NCBI GenBank assembly: GCA_965220745.1
Contig: CBDCQT010000010.1
Span: forward strand, 704,001-768,000
Source: Alphaproteobacteria bacterium
GTDB taxonomy: Bacteria; Pseudomonadota; Alphaproteobacteria; UBA828
DNA: 64,000 nt
Reading direction: 5' to 3'
The position numbers and the translations under genes were made by a program. The notes below the pieces were generated by a model, which saw only the letters and a list, made by a program, of their open reading frames with translations, was not told the DNA's origin and did no database searches. How positions within the stretch are numbered: position 1 is the stretch's first letter; each line of letters begins with the position of its first letter. This document shows positions 62,878 to 64,000 of this stretch, piece by piece.

Positions 62878-64000
62878 ATGTCGACGCTGATCCCTCCGCA
62901 CGGCGACGGCCCCCTGAAGCCCCTGCTGCTGGCCGGAGAGGAGCGGGACGAGGCGCTGAAGCGGGCGCGCACACTGAAGCGGCTGCCGCTTTCCACCCGC
63001 GAGGTCTCGGACCTCTTCATGCTCGCCATGGGCGCCTACACGCCGCTCGAAGGCTTCATGGGCGCGGCCGACTGGCGCGGCGCGTGCCTGGAGATGCGCC
63101 TGGAGAACGGGCTCTTCTGGCCGCTGCCCATCACGGTTTCCTGCGGCGAGGATTTCGCCGTGGCCGTCGGCGACGAGGTGGCACTGACCGACGAAGGCGG
63201 GGAGATCCTCGGTGTCCTCGCGGTCAGCGAGACATACGCCATCGACAAGGCCCTCGAATGCCGCGAGGTCTACCGCACCAACGACGAGGCCCATCCCGGC
63301 GTCGCCAAGGTCATGGCGCAGGGCGCGGTCAACCTCGCAGGTCCGGTCTCGGTTCTCTCCGAGGGCGACTTTCCCGAGACCTACCGAGGGCTCTACCTGC
63401 GCCCCGCCGAAACCCGGGCGCTCTTCGCCGAGAAGGGCTGGTCAACGGTCGCTGCCTTCCAGACCCGCAACCCCATGCACCGCAGTCACGAGTTTCTCGC
63501 CAAGGTCGCGCTTGAGGTGTGCGACGGGGTGCTGATTCACCAGGTCTTGGGCGCGCTCAAGCAGGGCGACATCCCGGCCGACGTCCGGGTCCGCGCCATT
63601 GACTGGCTGGTCGCCAACCACTTCGCGGAGGGGACGGTGATCCAGGCCGGCTATCCCATCGAGATGCGCTACGCCGGCCCGCGGGAGGCCCTGCTGCACG
63701 CCCTCTTCCGCCAGAACTTCGGGTGCTCGCACTTAGTTGTCGGGCGCGACCATGCCGGGCTCGGCGGCTACCACGGGCCCTACGACGCGCACCGCATCTT
63801 CGACGAGATCGGCGCGGACAGCCTCGCCATCCGGCCGCTCAAGATCGACGACACCTTCCATTGCTTCGACTGTCGGGGCATGGCGACGGGGAACGTCTGC
63901 TTCGCCGCCGATGGCGGGATTGAACCGCCAGGCGAGGCGGAGCGCCATCGCGCGGTGGCGGCAGTGGCGACCGGCGATGCCGAGGGTCGGCCCTGCCGCC
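62878..64000 (+). CDS. sat: Sulfate adenylyltransferase (partial, runs off window; absent from the ORF track)
   Basis: Manual translation gives [56 protein letters not shown]. Confidence 0.95.
   Translation, partial: MSTLIPPHGDGPLKPLLLAGEERDEALKRARTLKRLPLSTREVSDLFMLAMGAYTPLEGFMGAADWRGACLEMRLENGLFWPLPITVSCGEDFAVAVGDEVALTDEGGEILGVLAVSETYAIDKALECREVYRTNDEAHPGVAKVMAQGAVNLAGPVSVLSEGDFPETYRGLYLRPAETRALFAEKGWSTVAAFQTRNPMHRSHEFLAKVALEVCDGVLIHQVLGALKQGDIPADVRVRAIDWLVANHFAEGTVIQAGYPIEMRYAGPREALLHALFRQNFGCSHLVVGRDHAGLGGYHGPYDAHRIFDEIGADSLAIRPLKIDDTFHCFDCRGMATGNVCFAADGGIEPPGEAERHRAVAAVATGDAEGRPCR

Overview
High-GC bacterial DNA, most likely alphaproteobacterial (sucCDAB-lpdA, hemB, dtd, znuA, aprMBA, sat). 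The Calx-beta autotransporter, PhyH/LLM/CaiB catabolic genes and many short repeats would fit a marine or host-associated lineage, but that is inference. Core and catabolic genes are interspersed with an unusually rich non-coding mobile layer: (i) a small GIY-YIG nuclease gene enclosed by a perfect 31-bp inverted pair of CGTC-type palindromic repeats, with an empty degenerate pair beside it; (ii) four copies of a ~148-bp multi-hairpin element with compensatory base changes, three of them fused to TAG stop codons; (iii) a CTAG-bounded 272-bp MITE plus two solo ends; (iv) a second palindrome family, one copy carrying a nested insert; (v) an IS701-IS5-IS701 stack on the aprA stop codon whose history can be read from the target duplications; (vi) an autotransporter gene bracketed by ~100-bp inverted repeats inside a region bounded by ~45-bp direct repeats. 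Metabolically notable are the aprMBA...sat neighbourhood (divergent PanB-like and PEP-mutase-like enzymes, an atypical di-heme peroxidase) and a hydantoinase B fused to an acetone-carboxylase-gamma-like domain. No rRNA, tRNA or CRISPR array was seen. All family assignments come from motif recognition by eye, not from database searches.
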